Positions 41,408 to 51,603 of a DNA stretch of 64,000 nt are shown in pieces. The DNA lies in assembly GCA_965218785.1 (NCBI GenBank), contig OZ244650.1, forward strand, positions 1,472,001 to 1,536,000. The letters run 5' to 3'. The translations under genes and the position numbers were made by a program. Source of the DNA: Nitrosopumilus sp. Lineage in GTDB: Archaea > Thermoproteota > Nitrososphaeria > Nitrososphaerales > Nitrosopumilaceae. A model generated the notes under the pieces. The model saw only the letters and a list, made by a program, of their open reading frames with translations, was not told the origin of the DNA and made no database searches. How positions within the stretch are numbered: position 1 is the stretch's first letter; every line of letters starts with the position of its first letter.

Positions 41408-41992
41408 ATGTCCGATTCAAACCCAAACGTTGTTGGAATTAATATCTTAAAACAAAATGGCTTGGATGTTGATGAACTGGTAAATCAATTAATCACAAAC
41501 GCCGCAGTTGAATTTACAGCATACTACTATTTCACCAATCTTAGGGCACATTGTACGGGCATGGAAGGTGAAGGACTCAAGGGGATTATCGAGGATGCAA
41601 GGCTGGAGGATCTCAGTCACTTTGAATCATGTATTGAGAGAATCTACCAGCTGGGAGGCTCCCTTCCAAAGGACGCAACTGAATTTATCAAAATTTCCGG
41701 TTGTGAGTTCTTACAGCTTCCGGCAAATCCAACAGATCATAAAGCTATTCTTGAAAAATGTCTCAAAGCAGAACAGGGTGCAATTGTAAACTGGAATAAA
41801 ATTTGCAAAATGACACTAGGTAAAGATCCTGCAACATACGATATCGCAAAAGATATTCTGGCAGAGGAGATCGAGCACGAGTCTTGGTTCTTGGAGCTAA
41901 TATATGGACGGCCATCAGGACACATGAGAAGAAAGTATTCTGGTGAAAGACCACACACAAGAAAACATTCTAGAGCGCTTGACATGGCATAA
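41408..41992 (+). CDS. DPS-like ferritin-fold protein (DpsL)
   Basis: EFTAYYYFT, ARLEDLSHFE, AEQGAI, EEIEHESWF, PSGH. Confidence 0.9.
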   Translation: MSDSNPNVVGINILKQNGLDVDELVNQLITNAAVEFTAYYYFTNLRAHCTGMEGEGLKGIIEDARLEDLSHFESCIERIYQLGGSLPKDATEFIKISGCEFLQLPANPTDHKAILEKCLKAEQGAIVNWNKICKMTLGKDPATYDIAKDILAEEIEHESWFLELIYGRPSGHMRRKYSGERPHTRKHSRALDMA

Positions 41993-42100
41993 TGTCAAAC
42001 TAATTTGTTTTCAATTCAGGATTATGTTACTTTATTGACGGCAAGTTGTGAATATGCGTTGTTTTATCATGGTTAAATAGAAAAATCACGTGTTAAGTGC

Positions 42101-42430
42101 ATGGTAAAGCAGATCAGTCTGGATGCTTGGCAAATCCAACATTTGGAAGATCTGTTAGAAAAGGGATCAGAGATTGTTGCAAAAACAAACATGCCCATCG
42201 TCCTGTACAGACAGACACTAGAGGAGAAGGAAGAGTCCTATGAAGAGATCGTGTGTACGCTTACCAAGGGATACGTGCTCGAACAGATGGTTACATCAGG
42301 GGGAGTCCTGGTTCCAAATTTTCATCAGCAATCAGTGTTTACCATTGAAGAGTATCCCCAAGAATTATTGAGAAAAAGCAGGGATCGCTTTTTGGAGATG
42401 ATTGATTTTCTTGAGGAACAGCTAAAGTAA
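42101..42430 (+). CDS. Hypothetical protein
   Basis: Clean ORF with an upstream TATA box. Confidence 0.8.
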   Translation: MVKQISLDAWQIQHLEDLLEKGSEIVAKTNMPIVLYRQTLEEKEESYEEIVCTLTKGYVLEQMVTSGGVLVPNFHQQSVFTIEEYPQELLRKSRDRFLEMIDFLEEQLK

Positions 42431-42470
42431 TATCATAATTAATAAAGACCGTAAAATTCATGATTCTTGC

Positions 42471-43577
42471 ATGCGTTTATTAGAGTTTCAGGCAAAGGAG
42501 TTATTCCGGGAATACGGAATCAATCTCCTTGAGAGCAAGGCATCAACAAGCATAGAGCAAGGCAGAAAACACGCAAAAGAACTAGGATACCCGTTTGTGA
42601 TTAAAATTCAGGTTCCGGTGGGAGGAAGGGGAAAGGCCGGAGGCATTCAAACATGCCAAAATGATGACGAATTTGAGCTGAAATATCCCCAGGTCATGGA
42701 TTTGACAATCAAGGGGGAAAAAGCAAGGGCCATCCTGCTTGAAAAAATGGCAGACATCAAAAAGGAATTGTACCTGTCATTATTTTTGAACCGTTCAAAA
42801 AGATGCTATACAGTTATTGCATCAGCCGAAGGCGGAGTCGAAATCGAATCGGTAAAAAATCAAATTATCAAAGAAGTCGGATTAGGAAAAGTTTCAGACG
42901 AGGTTGCAGGCAATGTTGCAAAGGAGATGGGATTGGAAGGAAAGACGGCAGATGGTTTAGTTGATACCTTGAAGAAATTATCAAGGCTTACAATTGAAAA
43001 AGAAGCGGAACTTGCGGAGATTAACCCGCTTGCAATAATGCAAGACGGTTCAGTAATTGCACTAGATGGCAAATTTGTTACAGACGACAATAGTAATTTC
43101 AGGCATGATGAGCTGCAAAAGTATCAGGAAAAATCAGAGATAGAAAAAAGGGCTGAAAAAAGCGGGTTCTCACTAGTAGAGCTAGATGGCGACATTGCAG
43201 TTGTTGGAAACGGGGCAGGACTTGTAATGTCAACACTTGACATGTTATCAGACAATGGCGGAAAGGCCGCATGTTTCTTGGATGTCGGCGGCGGTGCAAC
43301 AACAGAATCAGTTTATGAGGCACTGACTCTGATTAGCAAAATTAGCAAGGTGAAGGGAATTTTGGTAAACCTCTACGGAGGAATTGTAAAAACAACAGTT
43401 GTAGCAGAGGCGTTTCTAAAAGCATATGAGAATAATCTAATTGATTTGCCGGTGTTTTCCAGACTAAAGGGAACAGAGTCAGACAAGGCAAAGGAAATGC
43501 TAAAGAATTCTAGGACCAATATTTATGATTCCGTAGAAGAGGCAATTAATGCGGCAGTAATGGGAGTGAAAAAATGA
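42471..43577 (+). CDS. sucC: Succinyl-CoA synthetase beta subunit
   Basis: GGRGKAGG, EINPL, GNGAGLVM, FLDVGGGA. Confidence 0.95.
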   Translation: MRLLEFQAKELFREYGINLLESKASTSIEQGRKHAKELGYPFVIKIQVPVGGRGKAGGIQTCQNDDEFELKYPQVMDLTIKGEKARAILLEKMADIKKELYLSLFLNRSKRCYTVIASAEGGVEIESVKNQIIKEVGLGKVSDEVAGNVAKEMGLEGKTADGLVDTLKKLSRLTIEKEAELAEINPLAIMQDGSVIALDGKFVTDDNSNFRHDELQKYQEKSEIEKRAEKSGFSLVELDGDIAVVGNGAGLVMSTLDMLSDNGGKAACFLDVGGGATTESVYEALTLISKISKVKGILVNLYGGIVKTTVVAEAFLKAYENNLIDLPVFSRLKGTESDKAKEMLKNSRTNIYDSVEEAINAAVMGVKK

Positions 43578-44491
43578 CGGATATTTTTGAACTGCTCATA
43601 GGAAGGCCGGGGGATCCGGATTACAAGAAAAAAGGCGTAATCGTTCAAGGAATTACAGGAGCATACGGCTCGCTGCATACAAAAAATATGATGACATATG
43701 GAACAAACGTTGTTGCAGGAGTTACGCCCGGAAAGGGAGGTCAAAAATTCGATGACAGGGTTCCGATTTACAACACCATGCAAGAAGCAGTGGATGCCAC
43801 GAATGCAAAAATTTCAATCATGTATGTTCCGGCAAAGTTCTTCCTTGGGGCCGCAAAAGACGCACTAGAAGCAGGAATCAAGCTACTAGTTGCAATTCCG
43901 GAACATGTTCCAATTAGAGACACCATGGAGACACTAGAGCTGGCAAAACAAAAAGGGGCAATAGTAATTGGGCCAAACACTCCTGGAATTATGATTCCGG
44001 AAATAATCAAAATTGGAATTATGCCGCCAATGCCTTTCAAGGCGGGAAAAATTGCAGTATTGTCAAAAAGTGGGACATTGCTTTATGAAATTTCAGATGC
44101 GCTGACTAATTCAGGATTTGGACAGTCAATTACAATCGGCATTGGAGGAGACCCGGTTAATGGGACAAGACTCATTGATGCGTTTGAAATGATAAAAGAC
44201 ATTCCAGATTTGGAGGGATTTGTAGTCGTAGGGGAGATTGGCGGGGATTCAGAAGAGATTTTAGCTCAGAGAATTATTGATATTGGATTTAAAAAACCGA
44301 CTGTGGCATATATTGCAGGAAGAGCGGCCCCAAAAGAGAAGAGGATGGGACATGCAGGTGCGATTATCATGGGAACGTATGGTTCTGCCGAATCCAAAAT
44401 ATCCATGTTTAACAGAGCCAATATTCCGGTAGCAAAAAGACCTGCAGAAGTACCCGTATTACTAGCAGGAAAGATGGAAAAATCCGATTAG
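43574..44491 (+). CDS. sucD: Succinyl-CoA synthetase alpha subunit
   Basis: VQGITG, GVTPGKGG, GPNTPG, RMGHAGAI. Confidence 0.95.
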   Translation: MTDIFELLIGRPGDPDYKKKGVIVQGITGAYGSLHTKNMMTYGTNVVAGVTPGKGGQKFDDRVPIYNTMQEAVDATNAKISIMYVPAKFFLGAAKDALEAGIKLLVAIPEHVPIRDTMETLELAKQKGAIVIGPNTPGIMIPEIIKIGIMPPMPFKAGKIAVLSKSGTLLYEISDALTNSGFGQSITIGIGGDPVNGTRLIDAFEMIKDIPDLEGFVVVGEIGGDSEEILAQRIIDIGFKKPTVAYIAGRAAPKEKRMGHAGAIIMGTYGSAESKISMFNRANIPVAKRPAEVPVLLAGKMEKSD

Positions 44492-44522
44492 AATAAAAGA
44501 GAGACATTTTGGAGAGAGACTA

Positions 44523-44690
44523 ATGCCAATTACCGACCCTGAAAAAAAACGCATTGCACAGCAAGCACGTCTTGTAATGAGAATCTGTTTTAAATGTGGA
44601 TGCAGAAATGACATAGGGGCAACAAGATGCAGAAAATGCAGAAACCCATACTTGAGATTAAAGAACAGAAACCTCGGGGTTAAGAAATAG
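44523..44690 (+). CDS. rpl40e: 50S ribosomal protein L40e
   Basis: Manual translation: MPITDPEKKRIAQQARLVMRICFKCGCRNDIGATRCRKCRNPYLRLKNRNLGVKK. Confidence 0.93.
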   Translation: MPITDPEKKRIAQQARLVMRICFKCGCRNDIGATRCRKCRNPYLRLKNRNLGVKK

Positions 44691-44692
44691 AA

Positions 44693-44941
44693 TTAGAAAA
44701 TCATCAATCTTTGTCTATACTCTACGATTGCAGATTTTATATCGTATTTGTATTGTCGGACAAATGATTTTGCGGCATCATGATCTTCTAATTCATCAAG
44801 GGTCAGTTGAAGATCATCAGGCAGTTGCTCATTTATCTGAAAGAGGATTTTGGCAGCATCAGTGTATTGTCCAAGATTTTCAGCGTATTCACATGCTAGT
44901 TGCATTCGATCAATCAAGGCATCAAATTCCTGCAAAGACAT
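44693..44941 (-). CDS. Small hypothetical protein
   Basis: 82-aa helical ORF. Confidence 0.75.
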   Translation of the reverse strand: MSLQEFDALIDRMQLACEYAENLGQYTDAAKILFQINEQLPDDLQLTLDELEDHDAAKSFVRQYKYDIKSAIVEYRQRLMIF

Positions 44942-45026
44942 ACCAGAACTATCAGATATCAGTACTAAAGATCAGGGTAATATCAGAATCTAAAGATAAA
45001 AAAGCATCTAGTTTTGTAGGGTTGTT

Positions 45027-45121
45027 GGACCGGTCGTCTAGTCTGGTTTGGATGACGCACTCACACTGCGTAAGGAAGTAATTTCCCGCAAGGGTCGTGG
45101 GTTCGAATCCCATCCGGTCCA
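45027..45121 (+). tRNA. tRNA-Val(CAC) with a 20-nt non-canonical intron (about position 44/45, 45073-45092)
   Basis: Anticodon arm ACGCA-CTCACAC-TGCGT; BHB motif TGCG[TAA]GGAA...TTCC CGCA[AGG]; splicing restores the AGGTC variable loop. Confidence 0.92.
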
Positions 45122-45132
45122 TATACCCTTAG

Positions 45133-45870
45133 GTGCTTAAATCAGATCCAGATATTGGAGGCATGCTCAGCATCAGCCTCGAAAAGATCACAGATGAAGG
45201 CGTACCATATGAAAAGTTCCTTGACGGCATTAAAGACTCTGGAACATTGAGGCACTATACCAAGAATCTTGCAAGATTTCTCAGGGAGGTGCCCCCCAGA
45301 CTCTACGAGGAGCTTGGCTGCAAGGTCCCAGATGGTACGGTAGAGTCACAGGTCTAATGCTTTGTAAAATTGTGCCGAGACAACCCAAAGGCCGGAACCA
45401 ACATAATTGCCGAGTATATCAAATATTTTAACAGGCTGGTAGAAAAGAGAGACATCCGCCCAAATACTGTCCCCGGCTATCCCAAGCCCATCAAGGTACT
45501 CCTAGATACAAACGATGTTCCCCTGTACTGGAAGCGATTGTACCATCTGTACCCGAGACTGGTAAACTCCAAGGACAGGGCATACACAAGAGAAGAGCTG
45601 CAAAAGATGATGATGGCCGCGCGCGACATTACCGATAAAGTCATACTTGCCATGTTCTCTTATGCGGGATTCAGACTGGAGTCATGGGACTACTTTACGT
45701 GGCGTGATGTCATTTTTTTCAAGGACAAGGAGGACTTGTTTTGGGGCGCGGCACTGCTGGTATACCGCGGGGATCCTGAGAGTTATTGGACGTTTATCAC
45801 TCCAGAGGCCTGTAACTATCTTGTACAGTACCGAGAAAAGTGGAGAAAAGACTTTGGCGCATATCCTGAG
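45133..45870 (+). pseudogene. Tyrosine integrase pseudogene
   Basis: In-frame TAA at 45355; DRAYTREEL, AGFRLES and VYRGDPESYWTFIT motifs; truncated before HxxR/Tyr and fused to a Pro/Glu-rich tail. Confidence 0.8.
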
Positions 45871-46110
45871 TCGGAGACCAAACCACAAACAGAATCTGAA
45901 CCCGAGACCAAACCCGATTCCAAACCAACTGTAATTCAGACACCCGAGACAGAGCCAGAACCGGTACCAGAGACGGATCTTGAATCAGTACCGGAACCCG
46001 TACCCGAGATGGATCCTGAACCGGCATCAGAAATGGATCCTGAACCTGAATCCGTAATGGACCCGGAACTTGAATCCGTACCCGAGATGGACCTGGAACC
46101 CGCCCACCTA
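45871..46110 (+). repeat. Low-complexity Pro/Glu-rich (EPEPVPEMD) remnant fused to the integrase
   Basis: Degenerate repeats in the 3' half of ORF 45370-46326. Confidence 0.6.
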
Positions 46111-46411
46111 CTAATGAGGGAAGCATCATCGATCGGATTGTCGGATGGTTTACATCCTTGTTTGGCTAACAGACTCTCAGAGTGCAGCAGGAATAAGATG
46201 GATGACTCAAAACATGCTAAACAGGCAGGATCAGAGCAAATCTGCCCCCAAATCAGGCACGGATTCCCAGTAAGGTTTTTTATGCCAGTAGGTAGTACCA
46301 TAAGTACCGAGATACTTACCCTCTAGGTTAGCGTTTCATGCGATGGCGCTAGGGATAAATTGTTCTCGGCCAAGCTTAGATTGGATTGATGAATGATCTA
46401 CGAGGAGTAAA

Positions 46412-46972
46412 ATGAATAAAAAAATAACAATCACATTTGCCATAGTTGCAATTATCACAGCAGGTATTGGAGGTTTATTCATAAACTCTAGTGAATATTC
46501 TACTTCACACATTGTAAAAACAGATCCAAAATACTTTACAAATCTAGATTATGTTGATGCAATCCATGCTCAATATATAACAATAAATCCGACCGAAATT
46601 AAAGATCTGTCTTACACTGTATTTAGTGGAACCATACAAAACATTGCAATTGACTCAGTTTTGATGGCTCCAATAGATCCAGAAATTATTGATGAGCAAG
46701 GAAACATCATTGAACCAAGAGCTGATGTTGTTACATTTACCATCTCCATAGATCAGAAGACCAAAGGTGAGGGTATAGGAAAAACCATTAACGTGAGTTC
46801 ATCTATTCCTTCAAAAATTGATTACCAAATTGGAGATACAGTAATTGTTATGGCAACCAAAAACTTGGACAAGTATAGGATAATGTCAGGACCATACGGA
46901 ATGTATAAAATTCTAAATGATGAAGCTATAGGTCACGAGTTCACACTCCCAAAACATGTTCTATTAGATTAG
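46412..46972 (+). CDS. Secreted hypothetical protein (possibly OB/TIMP-like fold)
   Basis: Signal anchor; VFSGTI...KG...YQIGDTVIVM...GMYKI pattern, shared with 56484-56972. Confidence 0.75.
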   Translation: MNKKITITFAIVAIITAGIGGLFINSSEYSTSHIVKTDPKYFTNLDYVDAIHAQYITINPTEIKDLSYTVFSGTIQNIAIDSVLMAPIDPEIIDEQGNIIEPRADVVTFTISIDQKTKGEGIGKTINVSSSIPSKIDYQIGDTVIVMATKNLDKYRIMSGPYGMYKILNDEAIGHEFTLPKHVLLD

Positions 46973-47038
46973 AACCTCTCCTTCTTTTTTATTTTTAAAA
47001 AAATAATATCATGATATCATAAAACGGTTATGTATAGT

Positions 47039-47505
47039 CTAAGTTTCGGGGCTTTACTCTTTGGCGACTCTCCGCTTTCGGGGCTCGTGTCATGTAGGAT
47101 TCAGGTCATATCCAAGATTCACGGCTCATATCTCACGGCTCATCTCACGGCTCACGGCTCATATCTCATACCATAACGGCTCATATCATACGGCTCATCA
47201 TACGGCTCATCATATGGCTCATCATACGGCTCGAGGTCCCTATTCTTAGAGTTCATGTCAAGGCTCCATACACCAAGGTTCTACCCCAGCACCAAGGCTC
47301 GACCACCGCCGAGACTCTACCACCAAGGTTCTACCCCAGCACCAATGCTCTACCCCAGCACCAATGCTCTATCCCAGCACCAAGGCTCTACCCCAGCACC
47401 AAGGCTCCACTGTCTACGTCTCCGAGACTACTTTCAAGTCTATAGCTTTGAACAGATACCAAGAATAGAATATTTTGTTAAGAGATGTTGTGTATTGTAA
47501 TGATG
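47039..47505 (+). repeat. Non-coding GGCTC-array element, copy 2
   Basis: ACGGCTCAT repeats followed by CACCAAGGCTCTACCCCAG repeats; homologous to 1651-1981 (inverted). Confidence 0.8.
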
Positions 47506-47858
47506 ATCGTCTCGATCTATCTATGATAACAGAGATAGATCAATGTACTTTGTAGTGTTGCTTTAAACGGTACCGGTAAAATCACCCTAATCAAAATTAT
47601 AATTGATGCTGCTGCTATGATTACTGCGATAATAGGCATTTCATCACATTCTGGAATTCTCAGAATAAATATTTTCTGCGTGACTTTAATATCTTTAATC
47701 TTTGGCAAATTCCCCACCATCAAAAGACTCTCTCTAAAATCTCCACTGTCTGATCCCATGTGATTAGTGATCACAGATGAGAGTGCCACTAATCCGGACC
47801 GGGTACTGGGAGCATCACATCCAGCAAGACGGGGTGCAAGAAAAAAATTATTCTGGTG

Positions 47859-48122
47859 CTAGTCTTTGCCATAGACGGACTTGTGGTCGCATACCCGAAG
47901 CAGTTCTACAATTCCCTCGTCGTATCGGATTGAATACATGATACGATATTTTTTGCCAAGCTCATAAGAAAAAGTTCTCATGTTTTGCTTGTACGCTCCA
48001 AGTTTGGAGGGATTTGTAGAGGATACAATGTCTGCAAGCGCATTATCTACAATATGTTGTGTGTTAGAATCAAGTTGTTTGTATTGTTTTATGAATTTTT
48101 TACTCCTGTCTAATTCCCACAA
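47859..48122 (-). CDS. RelE/ParE-family toxin
   Basis: W....SKKF.KQYKQLD ... NP..LG ... YRIMYSI ... LLRVCDHKSVY. Confidence 0.82.
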   Translation of the reverse strand: MWELDRSKKFIKQYKQLDSNTQHIVDNALADIVSSTNPSKLGAYKQNMRTFSYELGKKYRIMYSIRYDEGIVELLRVCDHKSVYGKD

Positions 48123-48125
48123 TTT

Positions 48126-48263
48126 TTAATCACTGTGTAGTTCTTCAAGCAGTTCTTTGAGAGTTACAACTTTGCGATCTTGTGGGTTGTTGTAAAATTC
48201 CTTAATGTCTGCAATTTCTTCGTCTGAAAGTGGGGGTGAATCAATTTGTTTTATATCGGACAT
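48126..48263 (-). CDS. Putative antitoxin (45 aa)
   Basis: Manual translation MSDIKQIDSPPLSDEEIADIKEFYNNPQDRKVVTLKELLEELHSD; acidic and directly upstream of the toxin. Confidence 0.7.
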   Translation of the reverse strand: MSDIKQIDSPPLSDEEIADIKEFYNNPQDRKVVTLKELLEELHSD

Positions 48264-48599
48264 GTATCCTTTATGCTACCCTCTCTTAAAAAAGATTATG
48301 AATCAAGAATTGTTCTGTTCTCCTATACTTTACACCCTCCTCCTCTACCTTTTGTCGCAGATTGGGGTTCAAACCATGCCATCAACAGGGGCGAATCTTA
48401 ACGGGGTCTGAACCATCAAACGGGTTAATCCTTATATGATGTGTAGTGGTAACATACCATATCATGAAAGCAGGATCACATTATATGTGCGGTCTGCTAT
48501 CACAGTCGGTCGAATCCCATCCGGTCCATTTTTTTATAATGGAATCAAGGGGAATATTTTGGGGTAGAACCAAACGGTGAACCCTGTTTGTTCTGGTAA

Positions 48600-48990
48600 T
48601 TCCAACATACAGCCTGTTTCCACCGAGACATGTAAAGTGAACAAGTTGGGATCCATACAAGAATCGTTTATTCTAGGTTCCGGTGTTTCTTTGTGGCCGT
48701 AACTGCATTCGTATGGTCTTATCGTATGTCTTGTAGGCGGTATTTGGGATTGATTCTATGTCGAGTATGTATTTTGTGTATGTTCTGCCGTATTTTAGAT
48801 TGGCATTGTCGCATCTTTTACATTTATCAGGCTTGTGATATACCCTGTTTTTTGTTTTTCCTGAACGGTATACCACCACGTGACCTGCATTGTATCCTGA
48901 TTTCTTTGCTGTTCGCTTATACAGTTGTTCTTTTTGTGTCTTGTTGGAATCGGATTCTGTGACTGTGTGGATTCTCAGTGTGTCATATGA
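48600..48990 (-). pseudogene. IS66-family transposase remnant
   Basis: ENPH...KKSGYNAGH...HKPDKCKRC pattern resembles the IS66 N-terminal and Zn-finger region; frameshifted. Confidence 0.55.
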
Positions 48991-49176
48991 CCATTTGTAT
49001 CATTTTACGAGAAAGGCTACGATAACATTATAAAATATTACATTGATGTTAAAGAATATTCCAAAGAATATGCAAACGAAAGTGTAAAAGGCAACGACTG
49101 ATCAAAAACAGGACAGATGAGAAAATGAAGGGGAAGAAGAAGATTAAATCAAAATTAATTAATAAAAAATGACTGA

Positions 49177-50103
49177 TTATGTAATCGGATTAAGTTGTAC
49201 TTTTTGTTTCAATTCTAACATATTGTCAAAGTATTCCTCATTTCCTATCAAGTAATTCTGTTCATATTGAAATGCACCTTTATCAATCAATTCATGTAGT
49301 TTTGACTCAAACTCCCAATCCGAAATTCTTTTGTAAAAGTCTTGGTAGCGTTGGTATAGATGTTGCTTACTCATGTGGATTAGCTTTTCTGCCTCTAATG
49401 ATGCTGAATAATAGGTATTTGCAAGATGTACAAACGGTTCAAGTTGTGTTATGCCAAAAACTTGACGTAAGGTTGAATATTTTTGTTGGATGATGTGTGA
49501 TAACAAGACAGTTCTGAGTTTGGGAGGATTGTTTTGCACTTTTTCTACCAACCCAACATATGTATTTCCATGTACATATCCGCCTTGAGTTCGTCTAACA
49601 ATTTTTAATTCTAATAACAAGTCTAAATACTGTCTAATTCTATGGGATTTCTGCTGTTCAGAAATTTCATTATCTGTAATTTTGATCTCGCTGTCTCTAG
49701 TAGTATCAATAAGTCGATCTAAAATTAATTCAAGAGGATGAAAGACATGATTACTTTCTTCAATTTTGGCAAATACATAGGATGACCCGATGATCACTAT
49801 TCTTTCTGTTTGCTGTTTCCAGAAATCCAATCTGGAGGACAAGTTATCATCACATAGATTGCTAGGTGTGGCATCTATAATTTCCAATTGGTCATTTAAT
49901 TTGATCATTCCCAACTCCTTCAAATCAAGATACCCTACAAGTACTTCTTTAGATACCTCATCTTCAATAATACGGGGATACGTTGAACCAAGTTGAACCA
50001 TCCAAGTCTTTGTCATATCATCATAAACAGGCGTATCTGGAATTATAAGATCACCGTAATGGTTTACCACATATTTTTTCACAGTAGACTCAAGTTCGTT
50101 CAT
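49177..50103 (-). CDS. Hypothetical protein with probable winged-helix segments
   Basis: Intact AT-rich 308-aa ORF overlapping the upstream peptidase remnant; YLDLLLELKIVRR. Confidence 0.75.
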   Translation of the reverse strand: MNELESTVKKYVVNHYGDLIIPDTPVYDDMTKTWMVQLGSTYPRIIEDEVSKEVLVGYLDLKELGMIKLNDQLEIIDATPSNLCDDNLSSRLDFWKQQTERIVIIGSSYVFAKIEESNHVFHPLELILDRLIDTTRDSEIKITDNEISEQQKSHRIRQYLDLLLELKIVRRTQGGYVHGNTYVGLVEKVQNNPPKLRTVLLSHIIQQKYSTLRQVFGITQLEPFVHLANTYYSASLEAEKLIHMSKQHLYQRYQDFYKRISDWEFESKLHELIDKGAFQYEQNYLIGNEEYFDNMLELKQKVQLNPIT

Positions 50104-50479
50104 CAGATGACCCCTTTTTGTAGAAATGGTCTAGAGTATATCTGTTTATTCGTCCAATTTCTGTTTTTATCATCAACGCTTGTCCATCTTCCCACTTTGT
50201 CATGAATTTACTTTGACTTGATGTTTTCTTACCGTATATCGGATCATTATAAGAAATTGTCTTTTTTATATCATCTATACCCGTAATGACAATAGCATGT
50301 AGATAACCAACTGCACCTGTAGAAATCCAAACAGACACAGGCAATTCCTTTCGCAATTCTTTTTTAATATCGTTTAAGGTATGAGGTTTAAATTCTGCAG
50401 TAAACTCAACGGATGGATTTGATTTAGTTAATATTTTATTTATGTTAGTTACATTGGAATAAATTGTTCCACTAACTGT
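50090..50479 (-). pseudogene. C39-like (papain-fold) peptidase, N-terminus lost to an IS insertion
   Basis: PVSVWI...YLHAIVITGID...ISYNDPIYG; the catalytic Cys region is missing. Confidence 0.7.
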
Positions 50480-50930
50480 TGGTGGGGACCCCGCTAGAAT
50501 GAGACCGCTTGCATACATACACTTTTTGAGCAAGTTAGGAGGTAAAACACCATGGTAAAGAGCAAATTCACCCCACAGGAAAAGGCAAGAATCATCCTGG
50601 AATCCATAAACACCAGGATCAGCACAGCAGAACTGTGCCGCAAGTACAACATACATCCCCAGACATTCTATCAGTGGAGGGAAAAATTCATCAGCGGTGG
50701 CAAGATGTCCATTCTGGATAACGGCAAGAAAAACCCGACTTTTGTTATGCAAAAGGAGATTGACTGCTTCAAGATATCATAGGAAGCTGACTGTGACCAA
50801 TGAAGCTTTTAAAAAATGTTGGAATGAAGGATGGATGACTGCCGTAAAGAACATGCTACAAAAGAGGAATCTGAGAAAATCCATAGCTTACGCAGGCATA
50901 TCTCCAATAATGATTCTAAAAAGCATCGAT
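50480..50930 (+). mobile_element. Truncated IS3-like element (OrfA HTH transposase at 50552-50782)
   Basis: KFTPQEKARIILES...AELCRKYNIHPQTFYQWREKF; TG-starting left end; OrfB truncated. Confidence 0.75.
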
Positions 50931-51603
50931 CCGAGAAAAGTCAGACATGAAGGGGCATTCATTTTTTTTTTTGACTGGAACTATTTTGATCAAGTGTGTG
51001 TGCCCCCTCACGTTTGATTAAATGAGGAATGATGTATACAGGGGTGTACCATCTAGCACGCACACACATAATAGAGTCTCTAGTGGATAATATAGTTTTG
51101 TGTGACTAATTCTTTTCCAGAAATCATTTTTTTAAAATTAAACGTCTAATTTAACTAAAAACCACCATTTCCACTCCGCTTATGAGGCAATGTTTTTTAT
51201 AGTAATGTGTGGTAATGTAATTGTCAGGGTACTTATCCCATCGATTCACGGGTCTACCGAGGGTACTTTGGGCAAATGTCCCTGAAGTTATTATTATTAT
51301 TCAAGTAAATCCCGCTTTATTCTTTTTTTGATGCCATCCCTGATCCATCACCTTACAATCGATCTTAATGCCTTTTGATTACACCACGCTACAGCATCAG
51401 CCAATTCAGACACCCTTCCATTGTGTGTATTTTTTATATTTCAGTTTTTTATGGTATTTTTCATATCATCATCGATTTGGAGGATGTCACAAAAGAGAGC
51501 TGCTAGGTCCTCGGTGTTTGCGACAAACTATGTCTGTAAGATATCTGCTTTTGCAATGAGGATATTTTATCGTATAATGTTAATAGAATTATGATCATTT
51601 GAT

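Larger units (their letters stand above)
45103..48529. mobile_element. Decayed element integrated at tRNA-Val (about 3.4 kb)
   Basis: 20-bp direct repeat TCGAATCCCATCCGGTCCAT at 45103-45122 and 48510-48529; integrase remnant next to the tRNA. Confidence 0.85.

Noticed and set aside
45355-45357. Recoded stop (Sec/Pyl) in the integrase
   Set aside because: The stop is TAA, and the gene is also truncated downstream.
47061-47500. His-rich and Pro-rich peptide ORFs (also 1697-1897)
   Set aside because: They are translations of the DNA repeat arrays; frame is not conserved between the two copies.
47039-47505. CRISPR array
   Set aside because: Units are short and tandem with no unique spacers; no cas genes.
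50090-50752. 220-aa ORF as one real gene
   Set aside because: It is a chimera: the N-terminal half is antisense of the IS OrfA, and only the C-terminal half is peptidase-like.
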